Below are positions 19,237 to 28,016 of a stretch of DNA of 64,000 bases, piece by piece. The DNA comes from an uncultured Acidobacteriaceae bacterium (lineage in GTDB: Bacteria > Acidobacteriota > Terriglobia > Terriglobales > Acidobacteriaceae). Numbering within the stretch: position 1 is the first letter of the stretch; each line of letters opens with the position of its first letter. Made by a program: the position numbers and the translations under genes. The notes beneath the pieces were generated by a model, which was not told where the DNA came from, ran no database searches, and saw nothing but the letters and a program-made list of their open reading frames with translations. Location of the stretch: NCBI GenBank assembly GCA_963731345.1, contig CAVSUN010000005.1, forward strand, positions 446,311 through 510,310, given 5' to 3'.

Positions 19237-20229
19237 ATGGCAGGCAAAAAAACTCTCGAAGGTCAATGGATGCCACTGGTCGATTCAGCAGTCCAGGGCG
19301 TGCCGCTCACTGCTGACGACCTAGACCAGATGGTGAAAAACTTTCAGCCGACCTCAAAGGCGGATCACATCCCCGTCAGGTTTGGGCCTGCGAAAGGCAA
19401 CGGGCCTATTGTGGCGAAGATCAGCGCGCTCAAGAATGACGGCTCGGTTCTGTCCGGCAAATTGGCTGATGTCGATCCCGGATTTAACGAATTGATGCAG
19501 GCGGGCGTGCTCGGTCGGCGCACCAGTCGTTCGCTTTCCTTCGAGCGCGATGCCGACAAGGGCGCTTCGCTCGCGGAGATGGGATTCAAGCCTCCGCGCA
19601 TTTACCACGCAGGGAGCTGGCATGACGGACCCTCGTCCTCGGCCGCTCTCGACGATCTCGTGGGTGCGCATCGCGAAGGCGAGGCCATCCAGTTCTGTGC
19701 TGGCGATGCTGGACTCGTAGAAGTGGTTCTGTCTCTACAGCCGCGACGCGCAGCGAAGTCAGGGGGCGCCAACAAAAGAAACTCTGAGCGGCTCAATGAC
19801 CTTGCGAAGGCTAGGCAGCAGGAAAAGGGAATTTCATTCTGTGAGGCCTTGGAAGCGGTCGCGCGCGAAAACCCCAAGCTCACACTGCCGGACTATCTCT
19901 CGGGCAACGTGCAGCAGTCAGCTTCCAACGTTTTGGCGAATGAGGGATGGCGGTACCAAACCAACAGTGAGGATCTCGCCGAGCGAGCCAACGCGCTGGC
20001 CTATGAGAAGAACATCAGCTACGAGGAAGCGCTAAGCCGCGTCGTGGAAGAGAATCCGCGCCTGACCCTCCCTGATGGAGTGTTCAGCTTCGACGAAGGC
20101 ACGCGTCCGAAAACAAACTCTGAAAAGTTGGCGGACCTGGCCAAGGCGCGCGCGCGGGAGCACCGCCTCAGCTACTGCGACGCTCTGACTGACGTGGCCC
20201 GGAAACATCCCGAGCTCACGCGCGGCTGA
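19237..20229 (+). CDS. hypothetical protein with three C-terminal ~38-aa repeats
   Basis: Repeats NSE.L..LAKAR..E..(I/L)S(F/Y)(C/E)(D/E)AL..V.R(E/K).P.LT at 19780-19896, 19963-20079 and 20116-20226. Start chosen at ATG 19237. Confidence 0.55.
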   Translation: MAGKKTLEGQWMPLVDSAVQGVPLTADDLDQMVKNFQPTSKADHIPVRFGPAKGNGPIVAKISALKNDGSVLSGKLADVDPGFNELMQAGVLGRRTSRSLSFERDADKGASLAEMGFKPPRIYHAGSWHDGPSSSAALDDLVGAHREGEAIQFCAGDAGLVEVVLSLQPRRAAKSGGANKRNSERLNDLAKARQQEKGISFCEALEAVARENPKLTLPDYLSGNVQQSASNVLANEGWRYQTNSEDLAERANALAYEKNISYEEALSRVVEENPRLTLPDGVFSFDEGTRPKTNSEKLADLAKARAREHRLSYCDALTDVARKHPELTRG

Positions 20230-20252
20230 AGTTTGAAGGCGGCAAACGAATC

Positions 20253-23200
20253 ATGTCCACCGGCGACAACAACATCACGCTGACCATCCAGGCGGTCGAT
20301 GCCTCGGGACCGGCGATCCAGCAGTTCACCACGCGGGTGGTGGGAGCGGCGAACAGCGCCACGGAGGCGACTAATCGCTATAAGTCGGCGCTGGAGCAGC
20401 TCGGCCCGGCAGCGGCCGCCGGCAATAGTCAAGCCGCGGGCATCATCGCGCAATACAGGGCGGAGGCTGAGCAGGCGACCGCTGCTACTCGCGCTGCGGG
20501 TGCAGCCGGGGCGGCCGCAGGCGACCAGATTCGCACCGGCATGGGCGGCGCTTATGGACAGATGCGCCTGGTGAGCGGCCTGGGCCGCGAGATGGGGCTG
20601 AACATCGATTACGGGCTGCGGCGCGTGCTGACCACAATTCCAGGAGTTACCTCGGGCCTCACCGCGTTGCTTCCCATCTTCGGCGCGATTGGCGTCGTCG
20701 CCCTCTTTGCTCCGCTGGTTGAGGGGGCATACCACTTTGTGGAAGGGATCTCCGATGTCAACAAGGAGATGGATGCCTTCATTGAAAAGGCGCAGGAGGC
20801 TGCACAGCAGAAGCTTATTGATTCCGGGTCGATCGAGACTACCACCGCCGCACTCGATCAGATTGGCAAACAACTCGACGAGCTATCTGCGAAGCAGGCG
20901 CACTGGAAAGAGCAGTGGAGGATCGATGGCACCAACATCACGCTGCCCGGTGCTGGGTTCTTTCAGCACATCATTCCAACCTCCGACATTTGGGATCGAT
21001 ACGACGATCAGCGTTCGGCGCAGCTAGCTCAGATGCAGAAGGAGGGCCAACAACATCAACGGGATCTCGTCCATGAGCAAAACGTCGCGCAGATCGATTT
21101 GACCCATGCCGGCGATGCAGTGCTGGGAACGCAGGCGAAGATCACAGCAGAGAAGGAGAAACAGCTCGCTCTCGATGAGGAGCAGCGCCGCTATCAGCAG
21201 GAAAATGCGGATGCCTATGCGAAGACGGCCGGAGTCCAACCGCGCCAAGGTGTAGGCACGGACACGCAGGCGGCAAAGGACTGGATTGCGATTGTAAAGG
21301 CCAGGGCCGATGCCACGCTCGACGCCAGGCGCGAAGCGGAAGAAGTTATCAAGCTCGACGCGCAGGCACGCAACGCGCAGCTCGGCGGAATCTCTTTACT
21401 GCGCGCACAAGAGGAAGAAGCCATTGTAGACATCACGCGCAAATATCGCGAGAATGGCCAGTCGCGTCAGGCAATCGATCACGCGACTGCGGACCTGCGT
21501 GCCAAGTACGACGCCGATATCCAAAGGTCGCTCGACGAACAGGCGCAAAAGATCGCACAACTGAGACATGAGGCTGAATCGGCCGGTCTGTCGGGGATCG
21601 CAAACATCCAGAGCGACCGCAGCTATCAGCTCGCCCAAATCGATTCTCCCTCGGTGTTGCGCGACACCTCGCCGGAAGCGGCTGCCGGGCGCGAGCAAGA
21701 GCGGGTGCTCGCCAATCAGAAAGCCGATGCCGACATCCTGGCCGAGCGCAAGAGGTTCAGCGATGAAGTGGCTGAGATTGTGCAGCGCTCTTCGTCGCAG
21801 GAGCTGACTGGCTACGCAAAGATCGCAGCCGAAGAACAGCGGCAGCTCACCGATCTAACCAAAGCGTTCAAAAAGAGCTATGGCAGTTTGGATTTCTTCG
21901 ATCCCACCAATCAGGCCGTGGCCGTTCAGGGAGAACTGCAAAGGAATGCCGCCTCGCAGGCGATTCAACAGAATGCCGCACGCGAGCGGCTGAAGTACAC
22001 CGAGGAGGCAGATCGGCAGATTGCGCAGACAGAGGCTGAAGCGGCGCGATCGCTGTTGCCTCCGTGGCAAGCTGCGCAGCAGAAGATCATCGACGACTAC
22101 GACCAACGCGTCCAGAAGATCCGCGAGGACGAGGCACAGCAAACGGCAGCAGTCGCACAGAACTCAGCCGAGCGCGTGCTAATCGAAGACCAGGCGAACC
22201 GGCAGATCGCCGCATCGCTCCAGCTCGCGGAGTCGCAAATGCTTCATGAGATACAGCAGCAGCGCGACCAGCTCGCGGGCCAGCTGCAGTCCTTCTTCGA
22301 TAACCCTGCGAAATACATGGAGCAGCGCGCCAAGCGTCTGGGCTTCGAGTTCATCGCCAACATCATCCAGGGCGCAGAACAAAACAACGGCCGGCTCTCA
22401 GGCTTCATTAATGGCCTGTTCGGCGAGAACCGGCTGGGCACGAGCTCCTCGCCGCGCGAAGCATTTGGACAGCTCTTTGGCGCGCACAACAGCGCGCCTG
22501 AAGGCTTGCTTGCAGTTGCAGGCAATGCTCTGACGAGCTCCGGCTCCGTGTTGTATCAAGCCGGGACAGTTCAGCTCGAAGCTGCAGAAGCGCTGCTCCG
22601 GATTTCTGGCACGGCAGGTGGTCCCTCGGGAGTCGGCGCGGCTGGAATTCAGAACCGGAGCGGTGGCGGGTTCAGCGGTGAATCGCTTGGGCTGCCAACC
22701 AGCGGCGAAGGGCCTGGCTTCTTCAGCGGAGATCTCGGCGGCACAATTCCCGGCGCCACGGGCGGCATCGGCGCAGCCGCGAGTGCAGCAGGAGGAATCG
22801 CAGGGGCTGCGGGCGCCGGCGGCATCAGTTCGACCATCACGCAGGGACTTCAGCTCTCGTCGCTTTTGCACAATGCGTTCAGCACGCCAGGCTCGGCCCC
22901 GCTGCTGAATCCCGGCGGATTTCAGCCCAGCGACATTCCGCCCACGAACGATGCGGGTGTACCTGGAACGGTCCCGGGCACGGGAGGCGCTGGTTCCGGT
23001 GCAGGCTCGATCGGCCTCGCCGGTGGCGCGCTCACTGCCATCACCGGCGGCCTGGCGCTCTATGGTGGGTTGTCGGCTGCATACAGCGCTCCCACGTTCG
23101 CCAGCGGGCTTGCGGGCGCGGGGTCAACAGCGCTAACCGGCGCCGGCATCGGTACGGCTTTCGCTCCTGGCGTCGGAACGGCGATCGGCGCTGCCGCAGG

Positions 23201-23855
23201 TTTCGCAGCAGGTCTCTTCGCTGATCTCTTCGGCGATCACGGGCGCTCGAAGATGCAGCGCTACAACACCATCACCGTGATTCCTGGGCTGCAAAAAGAC
23301 CTGGACAGCTTCAGCTTTGGCGGCGGCTCGTTCGACTCGGCCTCGCAGGCGATCACGCAATTGCAAATTCAATCGATCAGCCAAGCTAAGCAATTCGGCT
23401 CGGGCGCCATGAGCTATTACCAGAGCGTGATGGTGCCGGAATTCCAGCAGGCACTGGCGCAGGCATCACGCGAAGGCGCGGCGGGACGTAGCAACGTGCA
23501 ATTCGGTGTTTCGCAGTTTCACCGCGGCGGCGACATCAACGACTTCGGTGATCTCTGGACGTCGCCCACAACCGGCTTTATCCACGCGGAACTCGGCGAG
23601 CGCGTCATCAGCCGGCTGGAGAACTCAGGTGGCTCGCGATCGCTGAGCCAGGGCAGCGCGGCGGCTTACATCGCCAGCGCCGGCGCTCGCTCGCTGGCTG
23701 TGCAAAACAATGGCGGCGAGAGCCACGTTCATGTTCACATTCACGCGCTCGACGTTGCCGACTTCCGTTCATTCCTGCGGCGCGGCGGCGCGGCGGAAGT
23801 TCAGCGAGCGGTGAATCAGAACGCCGCGCGCTACGCAGGAAAGGCACTGAACTGA
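20253..23855 (+). CDS. tape-measure-like giant protein (coiled coil plus Gly/Ala-rich hydrophobic region)
   Basis: 1200 aa. Long Q/A/E/R-rich helical region, membrane-like segments (LTALLPIFGAIGVVALFAPL), and a G/A-rich region around residues 790-990. Composition is typical of phage tail tape measure proteins. Confidence 0.6.
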   Translation: MSTGDNNITLTIQAVDASGPAIQQFTTRVVGAANSATEATNRYKSALEQLGPAAAAGNSQAAGIIAQYRAEAEQATAATRAAGAAGAAAGDQIRTGMGGAYGQMRLVSGLGREMGLNIDYGLRRVLTTIPGVTSGLTALLPIFGAIGVVALFAPLVEGAYHFVEGISDVNKEMDAFIEKAQEAAQQKLIDSGSIETTTAALDQIGKQLDELSAKQAHWKEQWRIDGTNITLPGAGFFQHIIPTSDIWDRYDDQRSAQLAQMQKEGQQHQRDLVHEQNVAQIDLTHAGDAVLGTQAKITAEKEKQLALDEEQRRYQQENADAYAKTAGVQPRQGVGTDTQAAKDWIAIVKARADATLDARREAEEVIKLDAQARNAQLGGISLLRAQEEEAIVDITRKYRENGQSRQAIDHATADLRAKYDADIQRSLDEQAQKIAQLRHEAESAGLSGIANIQSDRSYQLAQIDSPSVLRDTSPEAAAGREQERVLANQKADADILAERKRFSDEVAEIVQRSSSQELTGYAKIAAEEQRQLTDLTKAFKKSYGSLDFFDPTNQAVAVQGELQRNAASQAIQQNAARERLKYTEEADRQIAQTEAEAARSLLPPWQAAQQKIIDDYDQRVQKIREDEAQQTAAVAQNSAERVLIEDQANRQIAASLQLAESQMLHEIQQQRDQLAGQLQSFFDNPAKYMEQRAKRLGFEFIANIIQGAEQNNGRLSGFINGLFGENRLGTSSSPREAFGQLFGAHNSAPEGLLAVAGNALTSSGSVLYQAGTVQLEAAEALLRISGTAGGPSGVGAAGIQNRSGGGFSGESLGLPTSGEGPGFFSGDLGGTIPGATGGIGAAASAAGGIAGAAGAGGISSTITQGLQLSSLLHNAFSTPGSAPLLNPGGFQPSDIPPTNDAGVPGTVPGTGGAGSGAGSIGLAGGALTAITGGLALYGGLSAAYSAPTFASGLAGAGSTALTGAGIGTAFAPGVGTAIGAAAGFAAGLFADLFGDHGRSKMQRYNTITVIPGLQKDLDSFSFGGGSFDSASQAITQLQIQSISQAKQFGSGAMSYYQSVMVPEFQQALAQASREGAAGRSNVQFGVSQFHRGGDINDFGDLWTSPTTGFIHAELGERVISRLENSGGSRSLSQGSAAAYIASAGARSLAVQNNGGESHVHVHIHALDVADFRSFLRRGGAAEVQRAVNQNAARYAGKALN

Positions 23856-24286
23856 TGCCGGCCGGGGCGAGCGAAACCGCGATCCTCACAACGACCAAAC
23901 AGGTTCTCGACGCCGTAGCTACGAGGATGAGAAAGAAGCGCAGCTCCAGAATCGCAATAGTCGGCTTCGTTGATGGCGAGATCGGCGCTGGCGGCTCTTC
24001 TGAGGAAAGGCGCAGCTGCCAGGTTGCGGCTCAGCGCGCCGTGAATGCTAAGGCCTATCTCGTCAAAAATCACGATATCGATCCGGGGCGGATCATGGTA
24101 CGCGTTGGCAAAGGGCATTCTGGTGTTGCGGAGATCGTCCTGCTGCCGGACAGTAATGAAAACGGCACAGAGAGTCCATGGCTTCAGGAGACGTCTCCTG
24201 TTGATGAAAACGTGACAAAACCAATTGAGGCCGATCTGATGCAGCCGGCTGGGATCAAGCAGAGCAAAGCTCCGGGTAGTGTCTGA
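23855..24286 (+). CDS. OmpA_C-like (peptidoglycan-binding-like) domain protein
   Basis: IAIVGFVDGEIGAGGSSEERRSCQVAAQRAVNAKAYLVKNHDIDPGRIMV parallels the OmpA C-terminal motif (vGhtD....n..LS..RA..V..yLv..gi...Ri). The start overlaps the upstream stop (TGATG). Confidence 0.5.
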   Translation: MPAGASETAILTTTKQVLDAVATRMRKKRSSRIAIVGFVDGEIGAGGSSEERRSCQVAAQRAVNAKAYLVKNHDIDPGRIMVRVGKGHSGVAEIVLLPDSNENGTESPWLQETSPVDENVTKPIEADLMQPAGIKQSKAPGSV

Positions 24287-24348
24287 AATCTGCGTTGAAG
24301 TAGTGGCGGGTGGTGGGAAGCGCTGACATCACTGGTGACGAGCGTAAC

Positions 24349-24376
24349 TTGACGTTTGCACCGTTTCTGCTACACT
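24349..24376 (+). promoter_or_regulatory. candidate sigma70-type promoter for the methyltransferase gene
   Basis: TTGACG (24349-24354), 16 nt, TACACT (24371-24376), 28 nt upstream of the ATG at 24404. Confidence 0.25.
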
Positions 24377-24403
24377 TCCCGCGCTGTTCTGGCACCGGCA
24401 CAA

Positions 24404-25960
24404 ATGAGCCCCCGAAACCGTGGTGCGAAACCTCGTAGTTCTGCGCTCGTCGATACGCAGGTCATCTACTGCGGCGACAACCTCGACCAGCTTGCGAAAT
24501 TGCCTCCCGGCTGTGTTGACCTGACCTACCTCGACCCTCCGTTCAACTCGAATCGCAACTATGAAGTCTTCTGGTACGAGAATCGGGAGAAGCGTTTCTT
24601 CGAGGATCGACATGCCTCAACGCAGGCCTATATCGATTTCATGCGCCCGCGATGCGAGCAGTTGCATCGGGTTTTGAAACCGAAAGGTACGCTCTACTAT
24701 CACTGCGACTGGCACGCCTGCCATTATGTGAAAGTGATGCTCGACCAAATCTTCGGCGAGCAGGGCTTCGTAAACGAGATCATCTGGAAACGGCAATCCT
24801 CACACAATGATGCAAAGCAAGGCTCGAAGCATCTGGGCCGGGTGCATGACACGATTCTCATGTACACGAAAGGCCCGGACTATTACTTCAAGCATCTATA
24901 CCGTCCCTACGACCCCGACTACGTCGCGGACTTCTATCGCCATGTAGAAGCCGAAACCGGACGCCGCTATCAGCTCGGCGATCTGGGCGCTCCCGGCACG
25001 GATTCTCCATCCAAGGGAAACCCGCACTATGAGTTTTTGGGCGTCACTCGATATTGGCGCTATAGCAAAGAGAACATGGAAAAGCTGTACCGGGAAGGAC
25101 GCATCGTGCAAACAAAACCCGGCAGCGTGCCGCGATTAAAGCGCTACCTCGACGAAGGCAAGGGCGTGCCCCTAGGCTCCGTCTGGGACGACATAGGCCC
25201 GGTGCAGGGAGTGGCGAGGGAGCATATTGGGTTCCCAACACAGAAGCCATTGAAGCTGCTCGAACGAATCATCGAAATTTCCTCCGAACCCGGAGATGTT
25301 GTACTGGACGCGTTCTGCGGCTGCGGGACGGCACTTGAGGCCGCGCAGAGCGCGGGGAGGAATTGGATTGGACTCGACATCTCGCCGACTGCCTGCCGAG
25401 TCATGGCGAAGCGCCTGCGCAACAACTGCGGCCTGAGCGAAAGCGAAGCGTTGTGGCGTATTGGTCGCGGCTTTGTTGTTCGCGATCTGCCGTGGACGGA
25501 ACCGCAACTTCGAAAGTTGCCCCCATTCGAATTTGAAAATTGGGCCGTCATTGCGGTAAACGGGACGCCGAACCGCAAGCAGGTTGGCGACATGGGAATC
25601 GATGGCCGTATCTATCCCGTCTCTGCGCTGCCGCGAGGCAGGGCACGCGAAGACCAATTCGCGTTCATGGATGACTGGTATCCCATCCAGGTCAAGCAAT
25701 CCGAGAAAATCGGGCGTCCCGACGTTGACGCGTTCGAAGCGGTGATGATGCGCGAAAACCGAACAAAAGGATTTATGGTGGGCTTTGATTTCACTCTCGA
25801 CGCAGAGCGGGAGATTGCCCGTTTTGAATCCCGCGCGGGGCGGCAGATCATTGCAAGGCGGGTTAAGGAACTGCTCGAAGATGAGGATGTCGTGAGGCGT
25901 ATCCCACCATCGCCGGAGAAAGCGAGCGCGGCGCGGCTGCCGAAGGCAGCGCCCGCCTAG
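24404..25960 (+). CDS. beta-class N6A/N4C DNA methyltransferase fused to a C-terminal Mrr_cat-type (PD-(D/E)xK) nuclease-like domain
   Basis: Motif IV LDPPFN precedes motif I VLDAFCGCGT (beta-class order). C-terminus FENWAVIAV..VGDMGIDGRIY..YPIQVKQSEKIGRPDVDAFEAV..KGFMVGFDFT matches the Mrr catalytic-domain pattern. Confidence 0.85.
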   Translation: MSPRNRGAKPRSSALVDTQVIYCGDNLDQLAKLPPGCVDLTYLDPPFNSNRNYEVFWYENREKRFFEDRHASTQAYIDFMRPRCEQLHRVLKPKGTLYYHCDWHACHYVKVMLDQIFGEQGFVNEIIWKRQSSHNDAKQGSKHLGRVHDTILMYTKGPDYYFKHLYRPYDPDYVADFYRHVEAETGRRYQLGDLGAPGTDSPSKGNPHYEFLGVTRYWRYSKENMEKLYREGRIVQTKPGSVPRLKRYLDEGKGVPLGSVWDDIGPVQGVAREHIGFPTQKPLKLLERIIEISSEPGDVVLDAFCGCGTALEAAQSAGRNWIGLDISPTACRVMAKRLRNNCGLSESEALWRIGRGFVVRDLPWTEPQLRKLPPFEFENWAVIAVNGTPNRKQVGDMGIDGRIYPVSALPRGRAREDQFAFMDDWYPIQVKQSEKIGRPDVDAFEAVMMRENRTKGFMVGFDFTLDAEREIARFESRAGRQIIARRVKELLEDEDVVRRIPPSPEKASAARLPKAAPA

Positions 25961-26039
25961 GTCTCTTGATGTTGTTCCAACGACACGGCGAGCCCTAATT
26001 CGGGCTGCCGGATACGTGTGTCTAGCCGCTTTGCCACTA

Positions 26040-26058
26040 TTGCACGTAAATCCGCGAA
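26040..26058. repeat. right inner terminal inverted repeat
   Basis: ttgcacgtaaatccgcgaa. Its reverse complement matches 11775-11793 at 17/19. Adjacent ATTGCAAC (26063-26070) pairs with GTTGCAAT at 11670-11677. Confidence 0.6.
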
Positions 26059-26169
26059 GTTTATTGCAACGATCGCGCCCAGCCACACGTCCTGGTGCAT
26101 GCCGGTCCTTGCCAACTGCCCTATAATGGAACGTTCTCCCCTCCGTTCTCATCCAGTTAGTAAGGGGTA

Positions 26170-28011
26170 TTGATGGCCACAACTGATTTTGCCGTGCACG
26201 GTGCCGACCAGGGCGCCGGGCGTGAGCCTGTCGTCAACGATTTCAGCATCCAGGTCGCAACTGTAAACGGGTCGGGGTCGCAGAGTGCTAACACCGTGCT
26301 GCTGCGCACTATTTTCCAAATGGGCGTACCCGTTTCCGGCAAGAACATGTTCCCCTCGAACATTGCCGGGCTGCCCACCTGGTACACCATCCGCGCCAGC
26401 AAGAAGGGCTACATCGCGCGCAAGAAGGAGATCGACTTCCTGGTCGCAATGAATCCTGAGACGGCAAAGGAAGACGTGATGTCGTTGGAAGCAGGTGCGG
26501 TCGCGCTCTACGACGAGCCGCTGAAGCTCAACGAGCTTCGCTCCGACCTGACGTTCTACGCCGTTCCCTACGACAAGATCACCGCTGCGGTTTGTCCCGA
26601 GTCCAAGCTGCGCAAGTTGGTCAGGAACATGGTCTACGTCGGGGTGGTCGCTAAGCTGCTGAACCTCGACATGGTCGAAGTCGAAAAGGCGCTGCGCAAG
26701 CAGTTCGCCAAGAAAGCCAAAGCCGCAGAGCTGAACTGGAACGCCGCCAAAGCCGGGTACGACTACGCCGCTTCGTCTCTAACCAAAGCTGACCCGTTTA
26801 CCATCGAGCGCATGAACGAGACCGGTGACATGATCATTATTGACGGCAACTCGGCCGCCGCGCTGGGCTGTATGTTTGCCGGAGTGACGGTCGTTACCTG
26901 GTATCCCATCACGCCGTCATCGTCGCTTGTCGAAAGCCTCATCGAGTATATGAAGGAGCATCGCATCGGCCCCGATGGCAAAGCGACATTTGCCATCGTG
27001 CAGGCCGAGGACGAGCTTGCCGCAATCGGTATGGTGCTGGGTGCGGGATGGGCGGGCGCGCGCTCCATGACGGCCACTGCCGGACCCGGCATTTCGCTGA
27101 TGGCTGAATTCGCGGGCTTGGGTTACTACGTCGAAATTCCGGGCGTCATCTGGGACATCCAGCGCGTCGGTCCATCGACTGGTCTGCCGACTCGCACCTC
27201 GCAAGGCGATATCTCGTTCGTCGCGCGCCTTTCACACGGTGACACGCATCACCCCATGCTGATTCCCGCTACCCCAGCCGAATGCTTCAGTATGGCGAGT
27301 GACGCGTTCGACCTTGCCGAGCAACTTCAGACGCCCGTGTTCGTGATGTCCGACCTCGATCTCGGCATGAATAACTGGATGTCGGAGCCGTTCCAGTATC
27401 CCGAGAAACCGCAGAATCGCGGCAAAGTGCTCACAGCGGAGGATCTGGAAAGGCTTGGCGGATTCGCGCGATATAAGGATGTTGACGGCGATGCGGTTGG
27501 ATATCGCACGCTGCCGGGAACCGATCATCCGACGGCGGCGTGGTTTGCGCGCGGCAGCGGGCACAACGAGAAATCGCAGTACAGTGAGCGTCCTGACGAC
27601 TACGCCAACAACATGGATCGTCTGACTCGCAAGTTCGAGACCGCGCGCAGCCTCGTTCCAAGGCCCGAGCTGGTGCGCAATGAGGGAAACGAAGTCGGCA
27701 TCATCGCCTATGGCACAACGCACCATGCCGCCATTGAAACTGTCGATCAGCTCGAAACCGAATACGGCGTCAAGGTCGATTATCTGCGGCTGCGCGCTTA
27801 TCCGTTCACGCGCGAGACGCACGACTTCATCGCCAACCACAAGCGGGTGTACGTCATCGATCAAAACCGCGACGGCCAAATGCGCGATCTATTGAAGCTC
27901 GACATTGCGATCGAAGACATCCCCAGGCTGCGCAGCGTCCGCCACTATAATGGGCTGCCGATCGACGCGCGCTCCATCACCGACGACATCATTTCGCAGG
28001 AAGGGAAGTAG
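26170..28011 (+). CDS. korA: 2-oxoacid:ferredoxin oxidoreductase alpha (fused gamma-alpha) subunit
   Basis: 613 aa. N-terminal gamma-like domain (VATVNGSGSQSAN), then alpha domain (IIDGNSAAALG..YPITPSS). Followed by the beta subunit gene. Confidence 0.88.
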   Translation: MMATTDFAVHGADQGAGREPVVNDFSIQVATVNGSGSQSANTVLLRTIFQMGVPVSGKNMFPSNIAGLPTWYTIRASKKGYIARKKEIDFLVAMNPETAKEDVMSLEAGAVALYDEPLKLNELRSDLTFYAVPYDKITAAVCPESKLRKLVRNMVYVGVVAKLLNLDMVEVEKALRKQFAKKAKAAELNWNAAKAGYDYAASSLTKADPFTIERMNETGDMIIIDGNSAAALGCMFAGVTVVTWYPITPSSSLVESLIEYMKEHRIGPDGKATFAIVQAEDELAAIGMVLGAGWAGARSMTATAGPGISLMAEFAGLGYYVEIPGVIWDIQRVGPSTGLPTRTSQGDISFVARLSHGDTHHPMLIPATPAECFSMASDAFDLAEQLQTPVFVMSDLDLGMNNWMSEPFQYPEKPQNRGKVLTAEDLERLGGFARYKDVDGDAVGYRTLPGTDHPTAAWFARGSGHNEKSQYSERPDDYANNMDRLTRKFETARSLVPRPELVRNEGNEVGIIAYGTTHHAAIETVDQLETEYGVKVDYLRLRAYPFTRETHDFIANHKRVYVIDQNRDGQMRDLLKLDIAIEDIPRLRSVRHYNGLPIDARSITDDIISQEGK

Positions 28012-28016
28012 AAGGA

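Larger units (their letters stand above)
11665..26070. mobile_element. compact Mu-like transposable element (boundaries approximate)
   Basis: Inserted between accA and korA. Encodes a MuA-like DDE transposase, a MuB-like AAA+ ATPase, a GemA-like protein and a divergent repressor/Ner-like switch. Inverted repeat 11775-11793 vs 26040-26058 (17/19) plus an outer GTTGCAAT/ATTGCAAC pair (11670-11677 vs 26063-26070). Confidence 0.55.

Noticed and set aside
20172-20873. 233-aa ORF antisense to the start of the tape-measure-like gene
   Set aside because: It is a shadow frame across the junction of two same-strand genes, with no motifs.
26099-26127. TATAAT (26122-26127) as the korA promoter -10 box
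   Set aside because: No acceptable -35 hexamer lies at 16-18 nt spacing; TTGCCA is only 7 nt away. The evidence is too weak to report as a feature.
25172-26182. 336-aa ORF antisense to the methyltransferase 3' half and the right end of the element
   Set aside because: It overlaps a strongly supported methyltransferase/Mrr_cat coding region and crosses the terminal repeats. It has no recognisable motif.
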